In this document: positions 38,981 to 48,401 of the stretch, piece by piece
Layout of the letters: each line of letters begins with the position of its first letter
Position numbering within the stretch: the stretch's first letter is position 1
NCBI GenBank assembly: GCA_902520195.1
Contig: CABYND010000009.1
Coordinates: 24,794 to 88,793 of the forward strand
DNA from: Halieaceae bacterium
GTDB taxonomy: Bacteria > Pseudomonadota > Gammaproteobacteria > Pseudomonadales > Halieaceae
Reading direction: 5' to 3'
DNA: 64,000 bases
The notes under the pieces: generated by a model
Databases searched by the model: none
The model's input: the letters and a program-made list of their open reading frames with translations, nothing else
What the model was told of the DNA's origin: nothing
Program-made: the position numbers and the translations under genes

Positions 38981-40348
38981 ATGCTGGAAGTGATCATTTT
39001 GGCCGCCGGACAGGGTAGCCGGATGCAATCCTCGCTCCCTAAAGTGCTCCATACCCTAGCGGGCCAGCCGTTGGTGGGGCATGTGTTGCAAACCGCCCGA
39101 GCACTAAACGCTGAGCGCATCCATGTAGTCGTGGGTCATGGCGCCGAAGCGGTAGAGGCGACGGTGAGTGCGCCCGACGTGCAATGCCATTTGCAGGCTG
39201 AACAACTGGGTACGGGACACGCGGTTCAGCAAGCGATTGGTGCCTGCGATCCCACCAGCACGGTACTGGTGCTCTTTGGCGATGTCCCGCTTATCACCAA
39301 AGAAGCCCTACAAGGCGTTGTGGTCGCGGCTGATCAGGGTATCGGCATGCTGTCAGCGATGCTCGATAACCCCTCGGGATATGGCCGGGTCGTGCGCAAT
39401 GACGATGGGGACTTTGTCGCTGTTGTGGAGGAAAAAGACGCGACGAGCGAGCAACGGTCCTTGCAGGAAATTAATACGGGGGTGCTTGCGGGCAATGCCG
39501 AACAGCTGAGCGCATGGCTGAACCGAGTGGATAATCGCAATGCTCAATCAGAGTACTATTTGCCCGATGTGCTCGGATTGGCCCGGGAGGATGATATGCC
39601 GGTAACAGTCGTTTGTTCCGATAACGATTTTGACACCCAGGGTGTGAACACACCGCAACAGCTTGAGCAGCTCGAGCGCGAGCATCAGCGAGCATTGGCC
39701 GATCAACTCATGACGGGAGGCGTACTGGTCAGCGATAGTTCGCGGCTCGATATCCGCGGACGTCTCGAATGTGGTCGTGATGTTTGCATCGATGTGAACG
39801 TCGTGATCGAGGGTAACGTCTCGCTAGGTGACGGTGTATCGATCGGTGCGAACTGCATCGTGCGCGATGCGCAGATCGGCGCAGGTGCCCGCGTTTTGCC
39901 CTTTACCCATATTGATGGCGCCGAAGTGCTCTCAAACGCAGTCGTTGGTCCCTACGCGCGCCTTCGTCCGGGCACCGTGATTGGCGAGCAGGCCAAAGTC
40001 GGCAACTTTGTCGAAGTGAAAAACACACGCGTGGGTAAGGCCGCCAAGGCTAACCATTTGGCGTATCTGGGTGACGCGGACATCGGCAGTCAAAGCAACG
40101 TGGGTGCCGGCACGATTACTTGCAACTACGATGGCGCCAACAAGCATCGCACCACGCTCGGCGAGGGCGTCTTCGTGGGCTCGAACAGCACTTTAGTGGC
40201 ACCCCTCGTGATTGAGTCCGGTGGCTTCGTCGCCGCGGGCTCGACCGTCACCGACGATGTGAAAGCCGACCAGCTGGCTGTGGCACGAGGTCGTCAGCAT
40301 AATGTCGACGGCTGGCAACGCCCCGAAAAGCCCGGGGACTGCGACTGA
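38981..40348 (+). CDS. glmU: Bifunctional UDP-GlcNAc pyrophosphorylase / GlcN-1-P acetyltransferase
   Basis: LAAGQGSRM, QLGTGHAV and GAGTITCNYDG motifs. Confidence 0.97.
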   Translation: MLEVIILAAGQGSRMQSSLPKVLHTLAGQPLVGHVLQTARALNAERIHVVVGHGAEAVEATVSAPDVQCHLQAEQLGTGHAVQQAIGACDPTSTVLVLFGDVPLITKEALQGVVVAADQGIGMLSAMLDNPSGYGRVVRNDDGDFVAVVEEKDATSEQRSLQEINTGVLAGNAEQLSAWLNRVDNRNAQSEYYLPDVLGLAREDDMPVTVVCSDNDFDTQGVNTPQQLEQLEREHQRALADQLMTGGVLVSDSSRLDIRGRLECGRDVCIDVNVVIEGNVSLGDGVSIGANCIVRDAQIGAGARVLPFTHIDGAEVLSNAVVGPYARLRPGTVIGEQAKVGNFVEVKNTRVGKAAKANHLAYLGDADIGSQSNVGAGTITCNYDGANKHRTTLGEGVFVGSNSTLVAPLVIESGGFVAAGSTVTDDVKADQLAVARGRQHNVDGWQRPEKPGDCD

Positions 40349-42168
40349 TGTGTGGCATCGTGGCTGTCGCCGCGCGGCGGGATTGCACGGAGATCCTACT
40401 TGAGGGTCTGCGCAGGCTTGAATACCGCGGCTATGACTCCGCGGGATTTGCGCTGATCGATCGTGGCGGACAGCTCTCCAGCCACAAGTGTCTGGGTCGC
40501 GTTTCGGCACTCGAGGAGGCCCAGCTTTCGGCACCGATACAGGGTGGCACCGGGATCGCCCACACACGCTGGGCGACCCATGGCGAGCCGTCCGTCGTCA
40601 ATGCCCATCCACATATCATTAACGAACGCATCGCGGTCGTTCATAACGGCATTATCGAAAATCACAGCGCGCTGCGTGAGCAATTGGCAAAGGATGGTCG
40701 AGCCTGCATTTCCGACACCGACACTGAGGTGGTGGCCCAGCTGATTGAATCGGCCGTGGCTGAGGGCAACGGCTTGCTTGATGCTGTGCAGCAGGTTTTA
40801 CCCCAGCTTGAAGGCGCCTATGCGCTGGCTATCGTTGACCGCGAAGCGCCAAACCGCATTGTGGTGGCGAGACAGGGCAGTCCACTGGTGCTCGGTATTG
40901 GCATCGGTGAAAATTTTGCGGGCTCCGATACCCTGGCGCTCCGCTCAGTGACAGATACGTTTATTTATCTGGAAGACGGTGATCTCGCCGAACTCAGCGC
41001 TGACGGTTATCGAATTCTCGACGCTAATGGGCAGATCGTCGAACGAGTGCCCACCCGGCTGGCACTTCAGGAAGAAGACGAGGGCCTCGGCGATCACGAG
41101 CACTTCATGCTGAAGGAGATATTCGAGCAGCCCGCACGCCTGCGCGATACGGTCAGGCAAGGTTCTGTGACAGACGAGGCTTTTGGGCCTGCGGCGGCAC
41201 AGGTATTTCCACAGGTCGCCGCCGTACAGATTCTCGCCTGCGGTACGAGTTATCACGCCGGGCTGGTTGCGCGACACTGGATCGAGTCATTGGCGGGTTT
41301 GCCTTGTCAGGTAGAAGTTGCGTCGGAGTATCGCTATCGCGAGTCAGTGACGTTGCCCAATACGCTGGTGGTAGGCATTTCGCAATCGGGGGAAACCGCT
41401 GACACGTTAGCGGCGCTTGAGCACGTCGATCCCGAGCGTGTACTCGCCCGCCTGGCGATTTGTAATGTGGATCACAGCGCGGTGGTGCGCGCCAGCGAGC
41501 TGGTGTACCTCACCCAAGCCGGCACCGAGATAGGGGTGGCCTCGACCAAGGCCTTCACCACGCAATTGGCTGCGCTACTGAACCTCACCCTGTGCCTTGC
41601 TCGTCATCATGTTGAGGGCGCGTTGTCAGGGGGGGAGGTGGCTGCCTCGCTCGAAGAGATGGCCGATGCTGCGGGGGCGGTGCTCGAGTACGACGCTCGC
41701 ATCAAGGCGTTGTCCCATCATTTTACGAACAAACACCACGCGCTCTTCTTGGGCCGGGGCATTTATTACCCCATCGCCATGGAGGGGGCCCTCAAGCTCA
41801 AAGAGATTTCTTATATCCATGCCGAGGCTTACCCCGCAGGTGAGTTGAAGCACGGGCCTTTGGCGCTGGTTGATGATGATATGCCGGTAGTCGCCGTGGC
41901 ACCTGATGACCGGCTCATGGAAAAGTTGCGCTCCAACCTGGAAGAAGTGCGGGCGCGCGGTGGGCAGTTGTTTGTTTTTGCGAGCGCCAACGCCGGTTAT
42001 GAGTCCGCACCCGATTGCCAGGTGCTGGAAATGCCTAGCTGCAGTGCGCTGGCGGGGCCTGTAGTGTTCACGATCGCCTTGCAGTTACTGTCTTATCACG
42101 TGGCCGTGGCGAGGGGCACGGACGTCGATAAGCCTCGCAACCTGGCTAAAAGCGTCACGGTTGAATAA
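40348..42168 (+). CDS. glmS: Glutamine--fructose-6-phosphate aminotransferase
   Basis: N-terminal MCGIV, LEYRGYDSAG, and C-terminal PRNLAKSVTVE. Confidence 0.98.
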   Translation: MCGIVAVAARRDCTEILLEGLRRLEYRGYDSAGFALIDRGGQLSSHKCLGRVSALEEAQLSAPIQGGTGIAHTRWATHGEPSVVNAHPHIINERIAVVHNGIIENHSALREQLAKDGRACISDTDTEVVAQLIESAVAEGNGLLDAVQQVLPQLEGAYALAIVDREAPNRIVVARQGSPLVLGIGIGENFAGSDTLALRSVTDTFIYLEDGDLAELSADGYRILDANGQIVERVPTRLALQEEDEGLGDHEHFMLKEIFEQPARLRDTVRQGSVTDEAFGPAAAQVFPQVAAVQILACGTSYHAGLVARHWIESLAGLPCQVEVASEYRYRESVTLPNTLVVGISQSGETADTLAALEHVDPERVLARLAICNVDHSAVVRASELVYLTQAGTEIGVASTKAFTTQLAALLNLTLCLARHHVEGALSGGEVAASLEEMADAAGAVLEYDARIKALSHHFTNKHHALFLGRGIYYPIAMEGALKLKEISYIHAEAYPAGELKHGPLALVDDDMPVVAVAPDDRLMEKLRSNLEEVRARGGQLFVFASANAGYESAPDCQVLEMPSCSALAGPVVFTIALQLLSYHVAVARGTDVDKPRNLAKSVTVE

Positions 42169-42198
42169 GTTCGAATAGTGGTTGTGTTGGAGGCAGCG

Positions 42199-42306
42199 AT
42201 GAAAGCTTTCGCAATTTTGGGCTTTGTTTTTGGGCTGATTGCATTTGTCCGAACAGAAAGGCTTTCAAAGACCCTGAAACAAAAAGGAGTTCTCGAGGAG
42301 GTATAA
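42199..42306 (+). CDS. Putative 35-aa single-TM small protein
   Basis: GGAGG RBS 5 nt before the ATG. Translation is MKAFAILGFVFGLIAFVRTERLSKTLKQKGVLEEV. Too short for the ORF track. Confidence 0.55.
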   Translation: MKAFAILGFVFGLIAFVRTERLSKTLKQKGVLEEV

Positions 42307-42369
42307 AAGGAAGACAATCGACTCCCAAAATACTGAGTGAGGGCCAAAAGAGGTTGAGTGGTAAGCGCT

Positions 42370-42635
42370 GTGAGTAAAAAATCGAAAATTCTGGCATTGC
42401 CGATCACTGGATCGGGGTCGGTGCGGCACTGGGGGCTTGCGCTTTTGTGTTTACCAGAGAGTCCATCTGGATCGCGCTCGGTGGTGCTATCGGTGCCGTG
42501 CTCGATTGGCAGAAGCGCAAGCACTGGAGGGACACCACCAAAACGCTAAACGCGCTCCGGACTTGGCCAGAGCGACCCGCTACTGGTAGCAGCTACAGCA
42601 AGTCGCGTGTGAAGAGGTGGGGTCAGCGCCGCTAG
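42370..42635 (+). pseudogene. Frameshifted small glycine-rich membrane protein
   Basis: GTG at 42370 is out of frame with the hydrophobic reading (IENSGIADHWIGVGAALGACAFVFTRESIWIALGGAIGAVLDWQKRKH). One extra A in the A6 run at 42376-42381 would join them. Confidence 0.45.
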
Positions 42636-42674
42636 CGGCAATTGTGGCGCTGACTCAGTCAAAGCTTCGTCGGC

Positions 42675-43034
42675 TCAGTCGGGATTGGCGGCCTTGTAGG
42701 CGCGAATCGCAGCATTGAAATCAGCCGCCACCTGCTCTTCACGCGATACCGCAGCGTTATAGTCCGCAGCGGCGAGTGCAAATCGTTCTTCAGCGCTTTT
42801 ATCTCCCTCTGCAACGGACGCTTTTTCTGATGCCATCAGGTCATCAACACACTCAAGATACTCTGCGTTCGCGGCCTGAAAGGCCTTTACTTCCCCTTGG
42901 GCGGCGATCATGTCTTCGAGGGTTGCGCTGCCGCCGTCCGGGGTGGGCGGCGCGACCGGCACGTCACATGCTTGAGCTGTGGCATAGGGCAATACTGTGA
43001 TCGCCAGCAGTAATGAGGCAGTTTGAATCTTCAT
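42675..43034 (-). CDS. Secreted hypothetical protein (helical, two Cys)
   Basis: AAGGA RBS, Sec-type signal peptide MKIQTASLLLAITVLPYATAQA, then C..P..P..PDG..AT..M...Q..VK.F...YLEC. Confidence 0.8.
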   Translation of the reverse strand: MKIQTASLLLAITVLPYATAQACDVPVAPPTPDGGSATLEDMIAAQGEVKAFQAANAEYLECVDDLMASEKASVAEGDKSAEERFALAAADYNAAVSREEQVAADFNAAIRAYKAANPD

Positions 43035-43250
43035 TATGGAGTTCCTTTTTAGGTAAAGCTTTCGCCGGGGCGCCATCGGGCCGGTTGCCCGTGAATGTCG
43101 GTAAGGCTGTCACGACCGGTAAGGTGCCGTAAAAGACCCGTTAGATACCCTCCCGTTATACCAATGAAAACGGTGCTAAGGAACCGCCATCCGCACTGCG
43201 TCAGTGACGGCCGCTTCAGCCATATCAAGCCATTCCGGTACACTGCGCGC

Positions 43251-45407
43251 ATGGATGTATCGGATATTTTGAACCCCTTAAATACGGCTCAACGGGAGGC
43301 CGTGACCGCGTCGTCTGGCAATTTGTTAGTGCTGGCTGGCGCGGGATCGGGCAAAACCCGTGTCCTCGTGCACCGTATCGCTTGGTTGATTCGGGCAGAG
43401 GGACTCTCAGCCCATTCTGTGCTGGCCGTCACGTTCACCAATAAGGCAGCCCGGGAAATGCGGGGCCGCATAGAGGACATGCTACAGATGCCCACCCATG
43501 GTCTGTGGGTGGGGACTTTCCACGGCCTCGCGCATCGATTCCTTAAAGCGCATTGGCGCGAGGCGGGGCTTCCCCAGCAATTCCAGATTCTCGATAGCGA
43601 TGATCAGCTACGGGTAGTCAAGCGCATATGCAGAGAGCTTGATCTCGATGAGGCGCGTTGGCCGCCTAAGCAGGCGCAGTGGTTCATCAATGGTCAAAAA
43701 GATGAGGGATTGCGCGCCAGGCATGTAGAGGCGCCGAAGGGGGACCTGTATGCCAAGACGATGGTGCGTATTTATGCTGCCTACGAGGAGACCTGTGATC
43801 GCGGGGGGTTGGTTGACTTCGCGGAGCTGCTATTACGTGCCCATGAATTGTGGCTGAAGTCGCCTGAGACCCTGCAACATTACCAGAAGCGATTCAAAAC
43901 TATTCTGGTCGACGAGTTTCAGGATACCAACACCATTCAATATGCCTGGCTCAGGGTGCTGGCAGGTAAGTCGATTCCTGTGGTTGCAGTCGGTGACGAT
44001 GATCAATCGATCTACGGCTGGAGAGGCGCAAGAGTCGAAAATATCCATCGCTTCGCAGAGGATTTTGCCGGGACCGAGACAGTCCGCTTGGAACAGAACT
44101 ACCGTTCCACGGCGACGATTCTCGAGGCAGCTAACGGGCTGATCGCTCGCAATGCGGGGCGCCTCGGCAAAAATCTCTGGACAGAGGGTGAGCGGGGCGA
44201 GCCCATTACGCTCTATGCCGGCTTTAACGAGCAAGACGAGGCGCGTTACATCGTCGAGCAGGCTGAAACCTGGTTCGGTGATGGCCACCCTCGTCGCTCG
44301 ATCGCTATTCTGTATCGTTCGAACGCCCAGTCGCGGGTGCTGGAAGAGGCGTTATTGCGGGAGGGCATCCCGTACCGAATTTATGGCGGCCAGCGCTTTT
44401 ATGAGCGCCTTGAGATCCGCAATGCGCTCGCCTACCTGCGATTAGCACAAACCCGCTACGATGACCCCGCGCTGGAGCGGGTCCTTAATACACCACCTCG
44501 GGGCATTGGCAGCAAGACGGTCGAGAAAATTCGGGAGGTCGCACGGGCAGAGCAGATTCCGATGTGGCAGGCGATCCACCGCACTCGCGAGCAGAGCCTG
44601 TTGCCCGCCAGAGCGCTGACCGCACTCGGCAATTTTCAGGCGCTCATCGACGATCTCGATCGGTCTTCAGAAACCCTGCCGCTCGATGAACTGACCGAGC
44701 ATGTGATCGAGGTGACGGGCCTTCTCGACTATCACCGTTCGGAGAAGGGCGAGCGCGGTCAGGCTCGGGTCGAGAACCTGCAGGAATTAGTGACGGCTAC
44801 ACGCTTGTTTGAGCCCGAGGATGAGGAAATCTCACCACTGCAGGCGTTTCTCGACAGCGCGGCGCTCGACGCAGGAGAAGGCCAAGCGGATCCCTATGAG
44901 GACAGCATCCAGATGATGACGCTGCACTCCGCTAAAGGTCTCGAGTTCCCAATGGTGTTCATTGCCGGTATGGAAGAAAACCTGTTTCCGCACCAGATGT
45001 CGCTAGAAGAGCCCGGCCGTCTGGAGGAAGAGCGGCGGTTGGCCTATGTCGGCATCACACGGGCGATGAAAAAACTGGCGATCACCTACGCTGAAAATCG
45101 CCGCCTTCACGGCGGTGATATGTATAACACTCCTTCGCGATTCATCCGTGAGATCCCGGCAGAGTTGATTAAAGAGGTGCGCCTTAACGGAGCTGTCTCC
45201 CGCCCGGTCGGTTCACTCGCTCATGCCTCTCTATCCGAGCCGCCGCCTGCCGGCATCGATCTGGGTAGGCGTGTGCTGCATCAGGTTTTTGGTGAGGGGG
45301 TTGTGACCCAGTTCGAGGGTCAGGGCAGCAATGCCCGGGTGGAGGTCAGCTTCAGTGAAGGCAGCAAGTGGCTTGTGCTTCAATACGCCAACCTGACGAT
45401 ACTCTAA
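43251..45407 (+). CDS. uvrD: DNA helicase II
   Basis: AGAGSGKT, VDEFQDTN, GDDDQSIYGWRGA and EEERRLAYVGITRA motifs. Start moved to ATG 43251. Confidence 0.97.
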   Translation: MDVSDILNPLNTAQREAVTASSGNLLVLAGAGSGKTRVLVHRIAWLIRAEGLSAHSVLAVTFTNKAAREMRGRIEDMLQMPTHGLWVGTFHGLAHRFLKAHWREAGLPQQFQILDSDDQLRVVKRICRELDLDEARWPPKQAQWFINGQKDEGLRARHVEAPKGDLYAKTMVRIYAAYEETCDRGGLVDFAELLLRAHELWLKSPETLQHYQKRFKTILVDEFQDTNTIQYAWLRVLAGKSIPVVAVGDDDQSIYGWRGARVENIHRFAEDFAGTETVRLEQNYRSTATILEAANGLIARNAGRLGKNLWTEGERGEPITLYAGFNEQDEARYIVEQAETWFGDGHPRRSIAILYRSNAQSRVLEEALLREGIPYRIYGGQRFYERLEIRNALAYLRLAQTRYDDPALERVLNTPPRGIGSKTVEKIREVARAEQIPMWQAIHRTREQSLLPARALTALGNFQALIDDLDRSSETLPLDELTEHVIEVTGLLDYHRSEKGERGQARVENLQELVTATRLFEPEDEEISPLQAFLDSAALDAGEGQADPYEDSIQMMTLHSAKGLEFPMVFIAGMEENLFPHQMSLEEPGRLEEERRLAYVGITRAMKKLAITYAENRRLHGGDMYNTPSRFIREIPAELIKEVRLNGAVSRPVGSLAHASLSEPPPAGIDLGRRVLHQVFGEGVVTQFEGQGSNARVEVSFSEGSKWLVLQYANLTIL

Positions 45408-45416
45408 GGACCGGGC

Positions 45417-46580
45417 ATGCGTGAAAAACAGGTACTTCCCGTCGTCGTCGTGGGGCTCACAGCCGCCTTGGTGGCGGTCATTGCCTTGTGGACGCTGGAT
45501 CGGGTTTCAGGCCCAGATCAGGCAACAGCGAGCCAGGATGGTCCGGTAGAGATCATTGAATGGAAGCTGGTCACCACTTGGCCGAAGGGCCTACCGGGCC
45601 TCGGCGCAGCACCTGAGAATTTTGCGCGCCGGGTCAACGCAGCCTCCGGTGGGCGCCTACGTATCAAGGTCTTTGGTGCTGGCGAGATCGTGCCCGCTTT
45701 TGAAGTCTTTGATGCCGTCTCTAGAGGGGTGGCGGAGGCTGGCCACGGCGCGGCCTATTACTGGAAGGGCAAGATACCCGCGTCCGTTTTCTACACGGCT
45801 GTGCCTTTTGGCATGACCGCGCAGGAGGCCAACGGCTGGCTCCACTATGGGGGCGGGCTTGAGTTGTGGCGAGAGCTCTATGCGCCCTTCGGAGTTGTGC
45901 CCTTTGCGGGTGGCAGCACCGGTGTGCAGATGGCGGGCTGGTTTAATATCCGTCTCAATACCCGCGCCGACCTTAAGGGGCTCAAGATGCGGATTCCCGG
46001 TTTGGCCGGCGAGGTGTTTGACGCCGCCGGCGGCTCGGCGGTTCGCATAGCCGGGGGCGAGGTGTATACCTCCATGCAAACCGGCGTGATCGATGCGGTG
46101 GAGTGGGTGGGGCCCTACAACGACCGCACGCTTGGCTTGATGGAGGTGGGAGACTATTACTACTACCCCGGATGGCACGAGCCGGGGGCGATGCTCGAGA
46201 CCATTGTGAATGCAGAGGCGCTGGCGTCACTACCGGAGGACCTGCAGGCGATTGTGCGGGTCGCGGCGCGTGCGACCAACACCGATATGCTGGATGATTT
46301 CACCGCCAACAACAGCGAGTCTCTGCAGATTTTGCTCACCGAGTTTGAGACCGAGGTGCTGCCGCTACCCGACGATGTCATTGACGCGCTGTATGAGAGC
46401 AGTCAGATGGCGATCGAAGCGTTGGTCAATGCCGACCCCATGGCGAAAAAGATCGCGGCCTCCTACTTTGCCTTCGCGGAAAAAGTGCGGACCTACCACG
46501 AAATTTCCGAGCGAGCGTATCTCAACGGCCGCAACCGGTTGCTACCGCCGGTCTCACTTACTGCGGAATCGGCCGAGTGA
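45417..46580 (+). CDS. TRAP transporter substrate-binding protein (DctP/TakP-like)
   Basis: WKLVTTWP, AYYWKGK, GVQMAGWF, KMRIPGLAGEV and YYYYPGWHEPG motifs. Confidence 0.92.
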   Translation: MREKQVLPVVVVGLTAALVAVIALWTLDRVSGPDQATASQDGPVEIIEWKLVTTWPKGLPGLGAAPENFARRVNAASGGRLRIKVFGAGEIVPAFEVFDAVSRGVAEAGHGAAYYWKGKIPASVFYTAVPFGMTAQEANGWLHYGGGLELWRELYAPFGVVPFAGGSTGVQMAGWFNIRLNTRADLKGLKMRIPGLAGEVFDAAGGSAVRIAGGEVYTSMQTGVIDAVEWVGPYNDRTLGLMEVGDYYYYPGWHEPGAMLETIVNAEALASLPEDLQAIVRVAARATNTDMLDDFTANNSESLQILLTEFETEVLPLPDDVIDALYESSQMAIEALVNADPMAKKIAASYFAFAEKVRTYHEISERAYLNGRNRLLPPVSLTAESAE

Positions 46581-46956
46581 GCTTGTTCTCGTCGATCGCC
46601 ACGTAAATAAACTCCCCCTCGGTGACTTTGAGGGGCTCTCCATCCTGTTTGGCGTTAATCCAGACCTCCACGAGAATGCGGACGGAGCTCCGCCCCGTTT
46701 CCAGCACACCGCAGTAGCAGCTCACGACGGCACCCACGTGCACAGGGGTGAGAAACGACATGCCTTCGATGGCTACGGTAGCCACCCGCCCCTCGGCGAG
46801 TTCTGAGGCAGTAATGCTGCCCGCTAGGTCCATTTGCGACAGCAGCCATCCACCAAAAATGTCGCCGCTGGCGTTGGTGTCTTTCGGCATGGCAATGGTT
46901 TGCAGTGCCAGCTCGCCAAAGGGCAGTGGATGCGTATCGAGCTCTTCTACTGACAT
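46558..46956 (-). CDS. Acyl-CoA thioesterase (YciA-like, hotdog fold)
   Basis: AMPKDTNASGDIFGGWLLSQMDLAG motif. ATG 46956 with GGGGA RBS. Confidence 0.9.
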   Translation of the reverse strand: MSVEELDTHPLPFGELALQTIAMPKDTNASGDIFGGWLLSQMDLAGSITASELAEGRVATVAIEGMSFLTPVHVGAVVSCYCGVLETGRSSVRILVEVWINAKQDGEPLKVTEGEFIYVAIDENKLTRPIPQ

Positions 46957-47036
46957 GGTGTCCCCCTGGTGGCTCAGAGCCTGTTGTGATGCGCCGAGCG
47001 GCTCGGCGGCACCACCAGCCGCGGTCGAAAAGCCTA

Positions 47037-48401
47037 TTATCGCCCCAATAGCCCCGGCAGCCATAGCACGAGATTGGGCCACCACCACATCAGCACCAGT
47101 AGTAGCAGCTGTATCAATACGAAGGGCAGTACACCTGCATAAATGGCACGGGTACTCACACTGTCCGGCGCAACGCCGCGCAAATAAAACAGCGCGAAAC
47201 CAAAAGGCGGAGTCAGAAAAGAAGTCTGCAGATTGACCGCGATCATGACGCCCAGCCAGATGGGGTCAAAACCCATCGAGAGCAGCACGGGCCCAACGAC
47301 GGGTACCACTACAAACGTAATCTCGATGAAGTCGAGGATGAACCCCAGCAAGAACATCACCAGCATGACCACCAGCAATGCCATGTCGGGCCCGCCGCCG
47401 AGCTCTTCGAAGAAGGCCTCAATCAGAGTATCGCCGCCGAATCCGCGGAAGACGAGAGCAAAGACCGCCGCACCAATGAGAATCAGAAAGACCATGCTGG
47501 TGGTGTAGAGCGTTGAGCGGGAGATATCTCTGAGCACATCGAGCGAGAGTGCGCCGCGTGCCCGGGCTAAGAACAAAGCGCCTGTGGCGCCAACACCTGC
47601 GGCTTCGGTCGGGGTGGCCGCACCGGCGAGAATAGAGCCCAACACCAGCACGATGAGCCCCAGAGGCGGCAGCACCGCCATAACAGCTGCGCGGGCATCG
47701 GTCTTCTCCACGACGGCAGGGGGCGCGGTGTCGGGTTGTAACGCGGCGCGCAACAGCACATAAACCAAATACAGCACGACCAGCACGACGCCCGGGACCA
47801 TGGCGCCCACAAACAGGTCCCCCACCGACACGGTATCGGTATTAATGATGTTCATGCGGAGCTGTGCCTGCTGGTAAGCACTCGACATGATGTCACCCAG
47901 CAAAACGAGCGCAATCGATGGCGGAATAATCTGACCCAAGGTGCCAGTGGCGCAGATGGTGCCGGTTGCCAGTTGCGGCTGATACCCCGCTCTCAGCATG
48001 GAGGGAAGCGCAAGCACCCCCATGGTCACGACTGTGGCGCCTACAATGCCGGTGCTCGCCGCCAGCAATGCGCCGACGATAATGACAGCGACACCCAGAC
48101 CGCCCGGGCGCTCGCCAAACAAACCGGCCATGTTGGCGAGCAGGTCCTCGGCGATTTTTGCTCGCTCCAGCACCACGCCCATAAGAATGAATAAGGGCAC
48201 GGCCACGAGGGTTTCATTGCTCATCGTGCCGAAGATGCGGCCAGTCAGCGCGGTAAGGTAATCCGGGTCAAAGTGCCCGATCAATATGCCCAGCGCCGCA
48301 AATCCCAGCGCCGTGCCGCCGAGGGTCAGCGCCACGGGGAAGCCCAGTAGCAATATGCCGCAGACGACAATAAACATGGTGAGCGCCAATTGCCCTTCCA
48401 T
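47037..48401 (-). CDS. TRAP transporter large permease (DctM)
   Basis: AVPLFILMG, GTLGQIIPPSI, ATPTEAAG and SFLTPPFGFALFYL motifs. Confidence 0.94.
   Translation of the reverse strand: MEGQLALTMFIVVCGILLLGFPVALTLGGTALGFAALGILIGHFDPDYLTALTGRIFGTMSNETLVAVPLFILMGVVLERAKIAEDLLANMAGLFGERPGGLGVAVIIVGALLAASTGIVGATVVTMGVLALPSMLRAGYQPQLATGTICATGTLGQIIPPSIALVLLGDIMSSAYQQAQLRMNIINTDTVSVGDLFVGAMVPGVVLVVLYLVYVLLRAALQPDTAPPAVVEKTDARAAVMAVLPPLGLIVLVLGSILAGAATPTEAAGVGATGALFLARARGALSLDVLRDISRSTLYTTSMVFLILIGAAVFALVFRGFGGDTLIEAFFEELGGGPDMALLVVMLVMFLLGFILDFIEITFVVVPVVGPVLLSMGFDPIWLGVMIAVNLQTSFLTPPFGFALFYLRGVAPDSVSTRAIYAGVLPFVLIQLLLLVLMWWWPNLVLWLPGLLGR

Noticed and set aside
42169-42230. Possible Tn7 end at attTn7 (TGTGTTGG...)
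   Set aside because: No repeated TnsB-binding sites, no target duplication and no tns genes are visible. The site appears free of an intact Tn7.
47148-47159. SlmA-binding-site-like 12-mer ACGGGTACTCAC and other partial GTRAGCGCT matches
   Set aside because: Three or more mismatches to GTGAGTACTCAC, which is expected by chance.
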